Origin: Raillietiella orientalis
Taxonomy: Eukaryota
Direction: 5' to 3'
DNA length: 64,000 bases
Assembly: GCA_036172245.1 (NCBI GenBank)
Contig: JAYWIR010000042.1
Coordinates: 992,001-1,056,000, forward strand
Part shown: in pieces, positions 1 through 12,599 of the stretch
Layout of the letters: each line of letters begins with the position of its first letter
Numbering within the stretch: the first letter of the stretch is position 1
Notes under the pieces: model-generated
What the model was told of the DNA's origin: nothing
The model's database searches: none
The model's input: the letters and a program-made list of their open reading frames with translations, nothing else
Made by a program: the position numbers and the translations under genes

Positions 1-1299
1 TATCCAATCTGTTGAGCATTTCTGGAGCAGTATTCTCAAGCATTCGTATCTGCCGGGTATTATTCCTCACGCCTGGGTGCTCTCTGTACCATCTGTTTCT
101 TCTCGTGGCCCCTTAACAATTTCGTCACAAAGTGAACAGCGGAAGTCTCCGCCATCCGGAAGTTGCGGTCACGTGAGGTCTCTCTTTCCCCTCCGGTAGA
201 AAATCAGCTTCGGCACTTTGTCCTCTCGACCCATTCGTGGGATGCTGCGTTCCTGTGGCCTGCTTCTCGTTTGGTCCAGAGTTTTCCTTTCCTCTGGACC
301 TCGTGAAGTTCACGAGGTCCAGAGGACGATCTCTTTGGTTGGCCCCCTGCTGCTCCTAGAAGTAACCTGTGCTTATCCTCAGTTGCGAGGGCTCTTTGAA
401 TGTGAGAAAATTGCCCTTGGCAAAAGTGGGTTTGGTTCCAGTCCGCGGGGAGCGCAGGGACCTTCCTCCAGCTGAGGCGCCAGGGGCTTCTCTTTGCTTC
501 GCTTGCGTCCCGCTTGTGCTTCTGGCTCCTGCATTTGGCTCGAGAGAACCAAAACGCAGAACAGGAACTTTGCGAAGAATCCAGTGGTGAGTCGTCCTCC
601 GAGGAAGATCTCCGAACCTCTGTGCTCTTCCTCGATCACGGTAAGCACTTCGATCCTGCCCCGCCACATTTGAGCGTACTCTTCCTATTCGTCAGCGTTC
701 TTGATTTTGTTTTTCTCTCTTCCCCCTTTTTTCGTTCCTCCTTCCCCACTGGCACATCGCTCAGAAATGCTCCATGGCAACGTTCTATTCCTGGATCTCC
801 TCGAGCATCCGGAACTTGTGTCGAGAACGGGAGCTACGAGAAATCCGAATCACAAGGGCTGCTTCCGGACCAAGGGCTCAAAGAACGGAAGTGATGCTTG
901 AGGACGGCGCACGGGGCTTCTGAAATCCTTCCGCCATTCGCCCAGAAGGCGATCCGATCTGACCCGATAAGAAAACAGGAATGAAAGTCTATCAACCTGC
1001 TTACAGACTGTTGAGCTGGCGGGCAGCATTCCTCAGGGTTTGCCGAGGCTCCGATCCCTTGAAGGGCTCGTAAACATCAGAAGGGAATTTTTCCTTCGGA
1101 GATTTATGGTCCTCGCTGAGAATGAGACATCGGATTGCCAACAGAAGCATGCAGCTAGGAGCATACTGGAAGAAGAGACGTCGTGGGGAGGGATGATTTC
1201 AATTGAGACATGAAAAACAGCTGACAGTTAAATCAAGGGGGCACAGTAAGATCAGGATGCTGCGATAAAAGAAAATCCGGCTTTTGAGATGCGTAAACA

Positions 1300-2900
1300 T
1301 GGAAACAGCATGTAAGATATGCAAACCGACCTGTTAATGGCATCAGCATTTTCAACGCCCATCAAGATATTTCTGTCCCTGGAATCCTGAACATCTCTTC
1401 CTCTCGTCAAAGGTTATCCCTCCATTAAAAGGCGACAGTTGTGATGATCCCAAGTAGCGAGCGTTTCCAGGATCGCTGAGCGATGCGCGTCGCCAAGGCC
1501 TCGAGGAAGGTCGCCGAGTCCGACACCACTCGGCTCCCTGAAGCATTCTCGAAGTCAGAAGCGAAGTCCCTTGAAGGATTTCTTGTTGGATTACGTTTCG
1601 ATCCCTAAGCTCCAGGAGCAGCTGAGTAGCTCCTATGGAGGATACTCGCAATCATGGCACGTCTTCCAAGCTGGTTGCCGGGAGACAACCAGGGACATTT
1701 CTGCGATCCCACCTTTCAGTACAGCCAGAGTGCCCCTCGTGCTCGGTTTCTCGAAAAATTCAACTTCCTTCCGGCTCCCTGGCACACGAAACTAATAGGA
1801 CGCATCGCAACCTGAAGAGCCAGCGACAGATTTCTAAGCAACGAAGGAGGAACAGACTCCTAGAGAAATAACGAAGCACAGGCTCTCTCGATAATTCACT
1901 ATTCCTTAGAGCCAAGGACCCATCTTCCGCCTCGAGACTTAGTGCGCGGATCCTGTAAGAAGCAGTTTGGGGGGGGGGGGGGATCTCGAAGTGCAGCGAT
2001 TTTTTTCTAGAATCCATCCGCTCCCCGCAAAATGGAAATCCAAGAACTTCCCTTGGAAAACGAGCAGTTCCCAAGTCTCTCAGGCAAACATGCAAGGGAC
2101 ATCCGGATTCCTGGGAACTTCCGTTGCAACAAACAACAACAACAGTAGCGAGGAACCTTTTTGCCGCGACGCACGCCTGCGTGCTAAGCAGCATCCCTTC
2201 GAAGAGGGTCGAAAGATGGATCCAGGTCGTTGTCAGACCGCTGCGTGGATGCGCTGCGTACAGGCAAACACAAGCAATGAAAGCTGAATGAAGGTTTCAT
2301 CCAAGGCAGGATTGATCCTGGTTCCTTGGATCCCGGAGACTTGCATCCAGTAACGGTGATAAATCAGCTGCACTGGCTCGCAGATTTCGGGATTTCTGAT
2401 TCCTGCAATAAACTTTCATGCGTTGGAGGACTCCCGTGCTGCGTACACGCATTAAGTGGACATAAGACTCCCGATGTGATCTTCATCAAACCACAATCGC
2501 AACTTCATCCGATGGCTGATCGCCCGGATTTGCATTGCCGCTTTTGGTCTGCAGCATCCATGACAACGGAGCACAGCGCGCGTTGCGCGTTCGGACAACG
2601 TGCTCAGGTGAACGCCGCAAAGGCAAATTCTCTGTTGGTGGTGGTAGACGCAGATCCTGAGTCTCTGCCGCCGCTGTACCAGCCGGAATCCTTGAAGAGC
2701 TTTTGGAACATTTCAGTGACGGGAAGACGGAAGAGACCCACCGAATGCCTCCCCCATTTGTAGGAGAAAGGATGACGGGATCAAGTGTCCGTAGCATAAT
2801 GGGCAAAGAGTGAAACAAGCCGGGTGGCTTTTGCGCTCTCTCTGTACTGAAGACCCGTCAGCTTCCCTCACGCAGACGGCTCCGCAATGCTAAAATCTCC
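1300..2900 (-). mobile_element. Degenerate non-LTR retrotransposon RT region (frameshifted remnant)
   Basis: Minus-strand frames give RT-like motifs in the correct order: VLGFP..(2194-1760 frame), then ..SLFLL.., then NARYLG (domain 7, ~1449-1466). Many stops and frameshifts; boundaries approximate. Confidence 0.5.
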
Positions 2901-3255
2901 TCAGTGTGAAACGCACAGATCATAAGGCGTTCCTGCATATGCGCTACCCATCTTTGGACCAGCCCAGATACCCAGTCGCAACACTTTGCGGCCTTTTCCT
3001 GGTAGAGAGCTTCTCTCTTTTATTCCGGTGACTCAGGAACATTTATTCAAATTGAATAAACATACATTAACGCTCCCTGGAGGCACGATTCAGGGAACGC
3101 CGATAGGCAACTAAGAGAAAAATGCGGACAGCACGGAGGGGTTAAAGGATAATAGAGTGGAATAAAAAGAAATTCACAAATATATACACGATGTTAATAA
3201 AACTCCACATGCAAACGACTGTTTGGGAGAAAGGCTGAAGAGGAAAAAGGAGACG

Positions 3256-5141
3256 AGGTTCTCATCCGGTTACCTCGAGGCATTTATTTAAAAAATGAAC
3301 TGCAAGGAAGGGGGGAAGAAGGGTATCTCCTCAAAGAAAAGAAAAGTCAAAAAAAAGGTCCATTTATTCGGACTGACCACTGACACACAGGCCAGCTTCC
3401 AAAAAGTTCAGAACGGAGGAAGGGGACAATGAATAAATAAAAAAGGCAAAAGGGCAAGAACAGGGGTCTTTGGCTTAAGACATCCCTTCCTTTCTAGACG
3501 CGGCATTGGATCTCCCTGGCAACTTCTTCTGGCAGATGAGGCCACCACCTCACTGCTGTCCTCATGAAGGCGGCTGCCACGCTGCGGCCTCTCTCCGCCG
3601 CGAAACGGATTCCAACACATGGCGGGCTGTCACTGTGACACGGATGTGACAGATGGTTGCGATCACAACGCTCCTCTTCAGGCCTCCTCAAGTGAAGAAG
3701 CGCCGCAGCAAGCCCGAGGCGGTGGTCTCCGGGTGGAGGAGTGCCAGCGAGAGTCCCCTTCACATGTCTTTCAGGACGCTGCAGCCTAACAGCAGGTATG
3801 GGAACGACTTCATCGCCCCGCATCTGGAACGGCTCGGGGAGGAAAACTCCAGCGGAAACCAGGTGCATGCGTTGGTTGCCGTGGAATCCCCAGTGCGGAA
3901 ACAGCAGAACATTCTGCTTCCACCGGAGCTGGAAAAGGAAAACGCTTACACACAGGGAGGGGTCACGAGTTCCTCGGGGGGGGGGGCACACCAAGCAGCT
4001 CACGAGCCTGGAGTTGTGGCAGCGACTGATGCACTCCTTCTACAACAACCGCTTGCTGCAGCACGTCATCGTGCAACCCGCCGCGTGGGCGCAAGGAACC
4101 TCCATAGCCGCGGCAATGCCCTCCCTCAGGGGAGCACTTGGGTAGTAACCAGCCGTTCAAATGGGAGATCCGATGTGAGATCGGCGGAAGAGCGAAGAAA
4201 TTTGGCAGCTGGACCACGGGCCAGCTCACGAACGCTGCGACCCCAAGTGCCCACCGGAAGCACCATCGCGCTGGGGGGGTGAGCTGCTGGGAATCCCACA
4301 GAAAGACCTCGAGTCTCCACCCAGCGCTGAAGAACAATCGGGCCGACCCTTCCCCCGGAGTGACAGGAGTCGGCGCTTCTGCTGCTGCACTGGGGTATCC
4401 CGTGCAACGCCCGCCGGTCTCACTGGACCCGAGGGCCTGTAGACCCCGACTGTTGCATGTGTGGCAAGCAGGAATCCTCTCCCGCACCTGCTTGTAGACT
4501 GTGTTGCGCTCCTGTCCCTGTGGTTGCGTTACGCAACGGCCCTTGCGGCATCAAAGGACAATCCCAGGGACGTAGTAGAGCGCCTCTTCGTGTGCGATGC
4601 CCTTTCGTCTGCCGCATCCCTAGCAGCTCATTGCTGCCTACGGGAGATTGTGGCGGCCTGGAGCTACGCGATAGGAGGACGGCGCAATGGGGAGGCCATC
4701 TTCTTCGCCCTGAGCTTCACGAAGACGGCAGCTAGATGGACCCACCTTGGCATACTCGGATGGAACTTGCCGGTATCCTGAAAAGGATGCAGACAGGGTA
4801 ACGCCCCCAAATTTTTCGTGTATTTTTTTTTGAATTTCTGTTTGCTCCCTTCCCGTCCTCTGCCAAGGCGAACCTGGCCGGCCCGCGTTCCGGTTACTCG
4901 GCAGGTTCCGAGCATTTTCGGACAATGTGGGTCCGATGGCCCTGCACATGCATGTTTATTTTTTCTAATGAAGGTCCCGGCGTGACACTGTCCCACCGAA
5001 GGAGCCCCTTTGCTCGGAAACGAGGAGTGGCGGAGTTTATCGACTCGCTCTTGTTGCAGCCGCCGACTCCTGCAATAATGCAGGAGAAGGAGAACTCCCA
5101 TCCTGCCGTTCGGCTGCTGTCATTATTTGCCCTAAGGGCAG
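3256..5141 (-). repeat. Left arm of 1886-bp near-perfect inverted repeat
   Basis: Reverse complement of 9421-11306 (paired positions sum to 14562). ORF-track translations mirror exactly, e.g. 3408..3620 vs 10942..11154. One mismatch seen, 3275/11287. Confidence 0.97.
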
Positions 5142-8100
5142 GCAATGTTGCGACAATGGTTGTGACGGCTATCTGGGAACACTGGGTACAGTCCTGCAGG
5201 AGATCTCCCAGCAGATTGCAGGAGTTTCTGTAGCGGTCACAGTTCCTCTAGACGCACTTACAAAGCGGCAACCCAGGACTCCAATGCCTCTTGCTGCCAA
5301 ACGTTCCAGTTTTGGGGGCGACAGGAGATTCACGGGTGAGCTACCAGAAGTGAGGATAAATGTCTCAGAGAGTAGCCAAATCTTATGTGGGTTGCGCAGA
5401 AGCAGCAAAAGTTTTTCTGCGCTACCGGAGGATATGGAGTGCCGGACCACACTGCCACAAGGGGAGAGAAGTTGGAATTGAATTTCCAGTCCGATCTGTT
5501 TAATGATCAGGGTGCACAAGCCAGCGTCCTGGCACGGTGCCACCAAGTCTTTTAGTCGGATCCGATCTTCTAAGAAAAACCTTGCTCCACAAGGCTTTTC
5601 TTAGAATGTTCTGCGTCCAGGTCTCCACCCAATGATGGGTTGGAAAAACAAAAACAAGAGCGAATGAGAAGGACGACAAAGGTATTCCAAATGGAGACCC
5701 TTCTGGCAAGACGAACTTGCCGTCGAGGAACGGGCAGAGAGCCATCAGTGTCTTCTAAGGGAAGTATCGAGGGTGGGACGGCGGGAATGGACACAGCTTC
5801 CGCTGCTAAATCACGACAGGATCAAGACCGATCTGATTACTTGGGGAAGGCTCCCCAAAACAAAGATCAAGATGTATGAAGGCTGAATCAGACACAAGAA
5901 GTCCCGACAGGAACTTCGAATCTTCCTGGCGGACTTCTTCACCCACAGTGTAGGGAACTGAGATCACATGAGCGATTCCGTGCGTCTCTTTTACGAGTGA
6001 AATCCTCATCATCTTATCCAGGGAGACTTTGCCGAAAGGCAGGAGCTCCAAGGAGCCTTCTTTCAGACCCGAACGCTTAGCAGACAGCTGAAGGTTGGGC
6101 TTCTGACTGAGTACTCTGTGATGGTGGGAGAGCACACCTGGCAGTCGGGTGCAGCAGACCTGCTGCCAACGCGAAGGCCAAGTATATATAAAACTCGCCG
6201 AAGCAAGCACGACGTTAGTAAGAAAATGCTCCCCGCTTTGACGCTCGGGCGCCTCCAGACGAGAACTGCCCTGCGCAGCTGTTGGAGGCTTCCAGGAGGA
6301 TTCAAAAACCCTCAACGCTTATAAAAACCGTGGCTATCACTTGGGACCTGGAAGGTGCTCCACCAGATGCTGGCGGGTCGTCTGCTGAGTTCTGCCGCTG
6401 CAACAGAACTGGCGCTGCTGATTCGAGGGACAGACCAAGTGGTCTGCCTCTTTGGAGTCGGTCATGGTTCGCCTCTTATCGGAAGGGTTAACCTGCGACG
6501 CCTGAACTGGCGTCAAGTTGCTCACCAAGGTGTGGAGCGCTCGAATACAGCAGATGGTGGTGGATGGAACCCACAATCAGTCCGGGGCAGACCTGCAGAT
6601 TTCCCAGGTCGAATCGACCTGAACTAAACACCTATCTGCTTCCGATCGCTCGAGTAAGAACTCACGGCCCCTTCCGGAAGCAGCACCTTAATCTCCACGG
6701 GAGTACCGCGCTCGAGAAGGGAGGACAGCCAACCTTTCAAAAGATTTTCGATTGTGTTTCTTCCAAAGTTGCTGAAACGGCTTGGATTTCAGCGGGTCTC
6801 TTCTCCTGCTTGTTTTGCAGTGGAGTAGAGCGAAAACCTCGACCTTTTTCAGCGGTCATCTCTCTCACTAAAGGAATTCATTTCAAGCGGGAACTTTGTC
6901 AGGCAGATATCTTGAAATCTATACTCTAGAGCCTGCTCCCTGAACTGGTGCTGAACGTGGGCCGGTATAGTCCAGTCTGTCTGTCCCCCGGTGGTATGTC
7001 AAACTTTGCGCACGTGCAGCATCCTAATCGAGGGAGGAAACTGAGATGGGATTATTGCTAGTTGAAAACTCTGATGACACGCCTGAAGTGAAAGCCCTTG
7101 CCGACTGACTGCGTCTTCTGCCGGCTGAACAGACCCCAGCAGCAATTGCACTGAAAGCATTCTTCGAATACATCCTCAAAGGTGCCTATCAACAGGTGGA
7201 GGTTGCAAATCGTGGCGCTTGGTTCCTTGATGGATGCTGAGCGGTCTTCTTTAAGAGCTTCTATGGTGGGTTTGCTACTTATCTGGGGACACCCATGAAT
7301 TCGTTTCCCTCTAGAGAGGTCCAGACTGAGTCTCTCGGCGTCTCCCGTTATAACTTCAAGATTAACGGGATTCCTTGTCGGCGCCTGCGTCCTGGCTCTT
7401 CTTCACCAGCAGAATGCCATCCCGCTGGTGCACTGGACTCTTCCCCGAAAAGAAGTCACCACGCCTCAGCGAGGAAATTTTCAGGGATAGTGGAAACACT
7501 ACAGCGCGTATTGCAGCAGGATCTCGGGTTAGTCACTTTTACGAAGGCTTCATTACCTCATGTTTCCTTGCCTTCTGCATGTAGGTGATGGCCGCTACAA
7601 GCGGTTCCCCGGAATGACGGAACGATGGCTGCACGCTTTCTCCATTTCGGCGGCGAGCGTTTCCTACATATGGCAGGAAGAGCACCACAGTGGGAGCAGT
7701 TGGTGAACTTGGTAAACCGGAGTGGCTCAGTGATGCTCTTCATTCGTAGTGTTCTTTCTCTGGCCATCTCTGAGGCAGCCTTCCGCATCTAAGAAGCGCA
7801 TGTGCAGGGTTCCCACCATCCCGCTAGGGAATCTGTTATTTTGTTTTTGATAAAGGATGTTTCATCCCTGGAACTTCATCAGAGAAAGGGTCTCTGGTTC
7901 GAGTTTCCGAAGGCCAGCAGGGGCAAAGCAAACGGAGATGCAGGATAATCCCTGTCTTGCCTCCTGCCGCTTCTGTTGACATGAGTATTCTCATTCACGT
8001 ACAAAGCAGCTGCCCAAGCATGGCTGAGATTTTTCGGCATCTTGCTTTACAAGGGCTTTTGAGCTACTGCGAGAACAGCTTTTGCCCGTCCCCAACAAAA

Positions 8101-8900
8101 GCCCTCAAGTAGCAGGCCCCGTGTGCGTCGAAAGGTCCATTGGCTCCGTGCTGCAATGCTTAATCCTGCATGCTGAGTCCGAAGGAAAGTGCGGTTCCGC
8201 TCCCGCAGGCTAACGATCCGTCAGTGGAACCAACACTAATGCCCTTCCCTTCCACGCTCGAGTTCCTTGGTGCTCAGTCGGCTACGAGGCTACGAAAACA
8301 GTATTTTTCCTTCCACAGAACCATCGCAGTTTGAAGGGTTTGGGACTCCCCTCGGAGAAATTTTTCTACCCGTTGAGAAAGCAAACACACATCTTCAGCC
8401 TGCTGCCTTCTTACAATGTGCAGAGGAAAAAGGCGCCTGAAAGACCGTCACCACGTTTCGCCCTAATTACAACCTGAGAATAGTCTTCCTGGACCAATTT
8501 AGTTGGAACCAGAAGAAATGTGCCGAGCCATCGTCATCCTCTTGAGCCACAGTTCTGTCCTCCCTACAGGGGAGAAAAATGACCGACGTGAAGACCCCTA
8601 GTGCACAACCGTAAGGACTGCGCTGCTGGGAGGAATATTTCAACATACTACCTTCGAGAGCAGCGCCGAGTTGCTCCGTCCCATCCATCGCCCTGGAGTA
8701 GTGCCTCTGTAGAAGGTACGAGAAGAGCCCAAGGAGTAAGCATGAGCCACCGCCATCCCCCCACTGTTACCATCATCCCCTTATCCCTCCTTGTGGAAGT
8801 GCCATGGAAGTACCCAGACTTCTAGGTGGAAGTTTTCTTGTTGTATAGCGGGAGCAAGCAAGGACTTGCTGATCAGGTCGAGAACTTTCGGGCGCCACTA
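5142..8900 (-). mobile_element. Degenerate L1/Tx1-like ORF2 (APE endonuclease, RT, C-terminal region) forming the spacer of the inverted repeat
   Basis: Minus strand: endonuclease-like segment at 8467-8688; WWE..RKAASEMAR linker at ~7750-7820; YRP....IDFKI (RT domain 1-2) at ~6900-6975; RISLVK...HVISVP...SKFL (L1-type post-RT) at ~5900-6010. Confidence 0.5.
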
Positions 8901-9420
8901 CATTTGATCTTCGTTTCCAAAGAATATACTAGGGAGAGGACAATCTCGACATTTAATAAAATAGTGCCCCCAACACGACACTGTTTGCACTTTGGCGCTG
9001 GAACCAACCAAAGAGAGAGAGAACGCACCTCCGATTTGTGCCAGCTGCATGTCGTATCCGCCCCACACCTGATTTAGGACTGCCATTCCACGTAGTGGAT
9101 GGCAACGAGTAGCAGTAGCCCTTCTGAATGCGGAGGACTCCTCTCGGAAGCTTTTGCGGCGATTCTTTTGTCCTCAACGACCTTCGACCGCAGGGCCACT
9201 GGCAGTACGGTGGTGCATCCTCACAGCAGTCGTCAATCGCCCCGCGGTAGATCAGCAGCGCAGGACGGTCATGCGCTTTATCTCATCTACAATGTAGGGA
9301 GGAGCAAGATAGAGTCACTTCCTTCCCGAAAAAAAAGGAGGATGTCTCCCGCATCTCCTCTACAAGAAAGATACAGGGAGAAACCTCAGAGACCTTCCCA
9401 TTTCCTCCCACCTCTATCAG

Positions 9421-11306
9421 CTGCCCTTAGGGCAAATAATGACAGCAGCCGAACGGCAGGATGGGAGTTCTCCTTCTCCTGCATTATTGCAGGAGTCGGC
9501 GGCTGCAACAAGAGCGAGTCGATAAACTCCGCCACTCCTCGTTTCCGAGCAAAGGGGCTCCTTCGGTGGGACAGTGTCACGCCGGGACCTTCATTAGAAA
9601 AAATAAACATGCATGTGCAGGGCCATCGGACCCACATTGTCCGAAAATGCTCGGAACCTGCCGAGTAACCGGAACGCGGGCCGGCCAGGTTCGCCTTGGC
9701 AGAGGACGGGAAGGGAGCAAACAGAAATTCAAAAAAAAATACACGAAAAATTTGGGGGCGTTACCCTGTCTGCATCCTTTTCAGGATACCGGCAAGTTCC
9801 ATCCGAGTATGCCAAGGTGGGTCCATCTAGCTGCCGTCTTCGTGAAGCTCAGGGCGAAGAAGATGGCCTCCCCATTGCGCCGTCCTCCTATCGCGTAGCT
9901 CCAGGCCGCCACAATCTCCCGTAGGCAGCAATGAGCTGCTAGGGATGCGGCAGACGAAAGGGCATCGCACACGAAGAGGCGCTCTACTACGTCCCTGGGA
10001 TTGTCCTTTGATGCCGCAAGGGCCGTTGCGTAACGCAACCACAGGGACAGGAGCGCAACACAGTCTACAAGCAGGTGCGGGAGAGGATTCCTGCTTGCCA
10101 CACATGCAACAGTCGGGGTCTACAGGCCCTCGGGTCCAGTGAGACCGGCGGGCGTTGCACGGGATACCCCAGTGCAGCAGCAGAAGCGCCGACTCCTGTC
10201 ACTCCGGGGGAAGGGTCGGCCCGATTGTTCTTCAGCGCTGGGTGGAGACTCGAGGTCTTTCTGTGGGATTCCCAGCAGCTCACCCCCCCAGCGCGATGGT
10301 GCTTCCGGTGGGCACTTGGGGTCGCAGCGTTCGTGAGCTGGCCCGTGGTCCAGCTGCCAAATTTCTTCGCTCTTCCGCCGATCTCACATCGGATCTCCCA
10401 TTTGAACGGCTGGTTACTACCCAAGTGCTCCCCTGAGGGAGGGCATTGCCGCGGCTATGGAGGTTCCTTGCGCCCACGCGGCGGGTTGCACGATGACGTG
10501 CTGCAGCAAGCGGTTGTTGTAGAAGGAGTGCATCAGTCGCTGCCACAACTCCAGGCTCGTGAGCTGCTTGGTGTGCCCCCCCCCCCGAGGAACTCGTGAC
10601 CCCTCCCTGTGTGTAAGCGTTTTCCTTTTCCAGCTCCGGTGGAAGCAGAATGTTCTGCTGTTTCCGCACTGGGGATTCCACGGCAACCAACGCATGCACC
10701 TGGTTTCCGCTGGAGTTTTCCTCCCCGAGCCGTTCCAGATGCGGGGCGATGAAGTCGTTCCCATACCTGCTGTTAGGCTGCAGCGTCCTGAAAGACATGT
10801 GAAGGGGACTCTCGCTGGCACTCCTCCACCCGGAGACCACCGCCTCGGGCTTGCTGCGGCGCTTCTTCACTTGAGGAGGCCTGAAGAGGAGCGTTGTGAT
10901 CGCAACCATCTGTCACATCCGTGTCACAGTGACAGCCCGCCATGTGTTGGAATCCGTTTCGCGGCGGAGAGAGGCCGCAGCGTGGCAGCCGCCTTCATGA
11001 GGACAGCAGTGAGGTGGTGGCCTCATCTGCCAGAAGAAGTTGCCAGGGAGATCCAATGCCGCGTCTAGAAAGGAAGGGATGTCTTAAGCCAAAGACCCCT
11101 GTTCTTGCCCTTTTGCCTTTTTTATTTATTCATTGTCCCCTTCCTCCGTTCTGAACTTTTTGGAAGCTGGCCTGTGTGTCAGTGGTCAGTCCGAATAAAT
11201 GGACCTTTTTTTTGACTTTTCTTTTCTTTGAGGAGATACCCTTCTTCCCCCCTTCCTTGCAGTTCATTTTTTAAATAAATGCCTCGGGGTAACCGGATGA
11301 GAACCT
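9421..11306 (+). repeat. Right arm of 1886-bp near-perfect inverted repeat
   Basis: Reverse complement of 3256-5141. Confidence 0.97.
9740..11281 (+). mobile_element. 3' part of a degenerate L1/Tx1-like non-LTR element with decayed zinc knuckle and T-rich 3' UTR (mirrored in the left arm)
   Basis: RSRCGAMKSFPYLLLGC at ~10731-10781 matches the CxxCG..E...HL..C knuckle. It is followed by a stop, a pyrimidine-rich UTR and AATAAATG ends at ~11194 and ~11274. Confidence 0.55.
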
Positions 11307-11640
11307 TTGAACCCATAGATGATCATCGAGGGTCGATGGGGTCAAGCGCCCTAGTTTCCTTTGCCGACGGCCTCGTGATGCGTTCTTTGCATGCAACCCG
11401 TTGACTTCTGACTGCAGGCTCAAGAGTAGTGTATCATCGGAGTGCAGACGGACGTTCAAACCCTCCAAACCAACTGATTTCTGGAGGGAGGGATGCTTCC
11501 GCTTGTTTTTGGAGGTGTCCATTCCAGCAGAGTGGTGAGCAGAAGATGCAGTCTTGGTAGCCTCCCTATTTACCACTTGAGTTCTTTCATTCCTGGTAAG
11601 CACCTTGACCACCGAAGTCTCTGTTTCCCATCTCAAGGTG
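11282..11640 (-). mobile_element. Non-LTR RT catalytic-core fragment
   Basis: VRLHSDDTLLL (YADD-like, HSDD at 11433-11444), preceded in another frame by GYQDCIFCSPLCWN (G.PQG..LSP.LWN-like). Confidence 0.6.
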
Positions 11641-12599
11641 ATGTTTTCGAAAGGCTTCCGGCTTTGTGTTCCGACCGCGCTGTTTTTCTTTTTTTTTTTT
11701 GGTGTTTTTTTTTTTTTTGATTGCTTCAGCCTCGCGCATGGCCTGCACGTGTCGCACCCGCTGATCTCAGCTGGTGTATCGGACTTCCGGGCACCTCCTC
11801 TTCAAGCAGTCTGAGGTTTTGCACAGCGCACAAAATTTGGTCTTTCCGACGCATTCCAGTTGTGGGGCAGCTGGCCCTAGAACTGGAAACGTGCGGTCTT
11901 GTTGACCTCTTCCTGCTCTAGAACATTCACAGGGAAGACGGGCCTTCAGGAAACCAAAGGGTGGAGAGTAGACGATCATGCCCAAGAGCAGCGGACCTCT
12001 CCCTGCGCCTCCTGAAGAGGGCAGCTTCCCGAAGGGAAGAGTCAGCCCTTGTTCCAAGGAGTGGTGTTAGAGGTTGAAACTTTCCTCCTGGGTTCAAGGC
12101 TGAGGGTAAGGGCATTGGCTACTCCAGCACTACCTATTATCTCCTACCCCTAACGCGGTCCTGGACGGAGGGTTTCCCAGAGGGGGACTGGTCGCTTACT
12201 AAAGGGATGGAGCATGAGGGCGCCAAAGGACCGACGAACAGCCACACATTGACGAATTCGTCATCGATGCGTAGTCCATGCGGGATATTCTATTCGTCCG
12301 ACACCGCCATCCGCGCTCCGGGAAGCCCACTGAATATTTGAAAAGGACAGAGGATTGGAATTCTTCGCCTGATTCGAGGGACAGAGTGCCGCCGAAACCT
12401 GACCCGTTCGGTCGTCGCGAACGACACTTCGGCACGTCGACGGTGGCTCTCCCCCCCTTCCGTCCCTCCAGATGGATCGTCGTCTCCAGGGGTGGGAAAA
12501 AAACTGCCCGTTCACCGTGACTAGAGTCCTAAGGAGGCAGTGAGCTAGCGCTGAATTGAAGCAGCGAAGCCGCGCAAGCCCTTGTCGCCACCGGGAATC

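Noticed and set aside
3256..11306. Inverted repeat as the TIRs of a large DNA transposon/Polinton/DIRS
   Set aside because: Arms consist of non-LTR fragments, no TSD is evident, and no transposase, integrase or recombinase is seen in the spacer.
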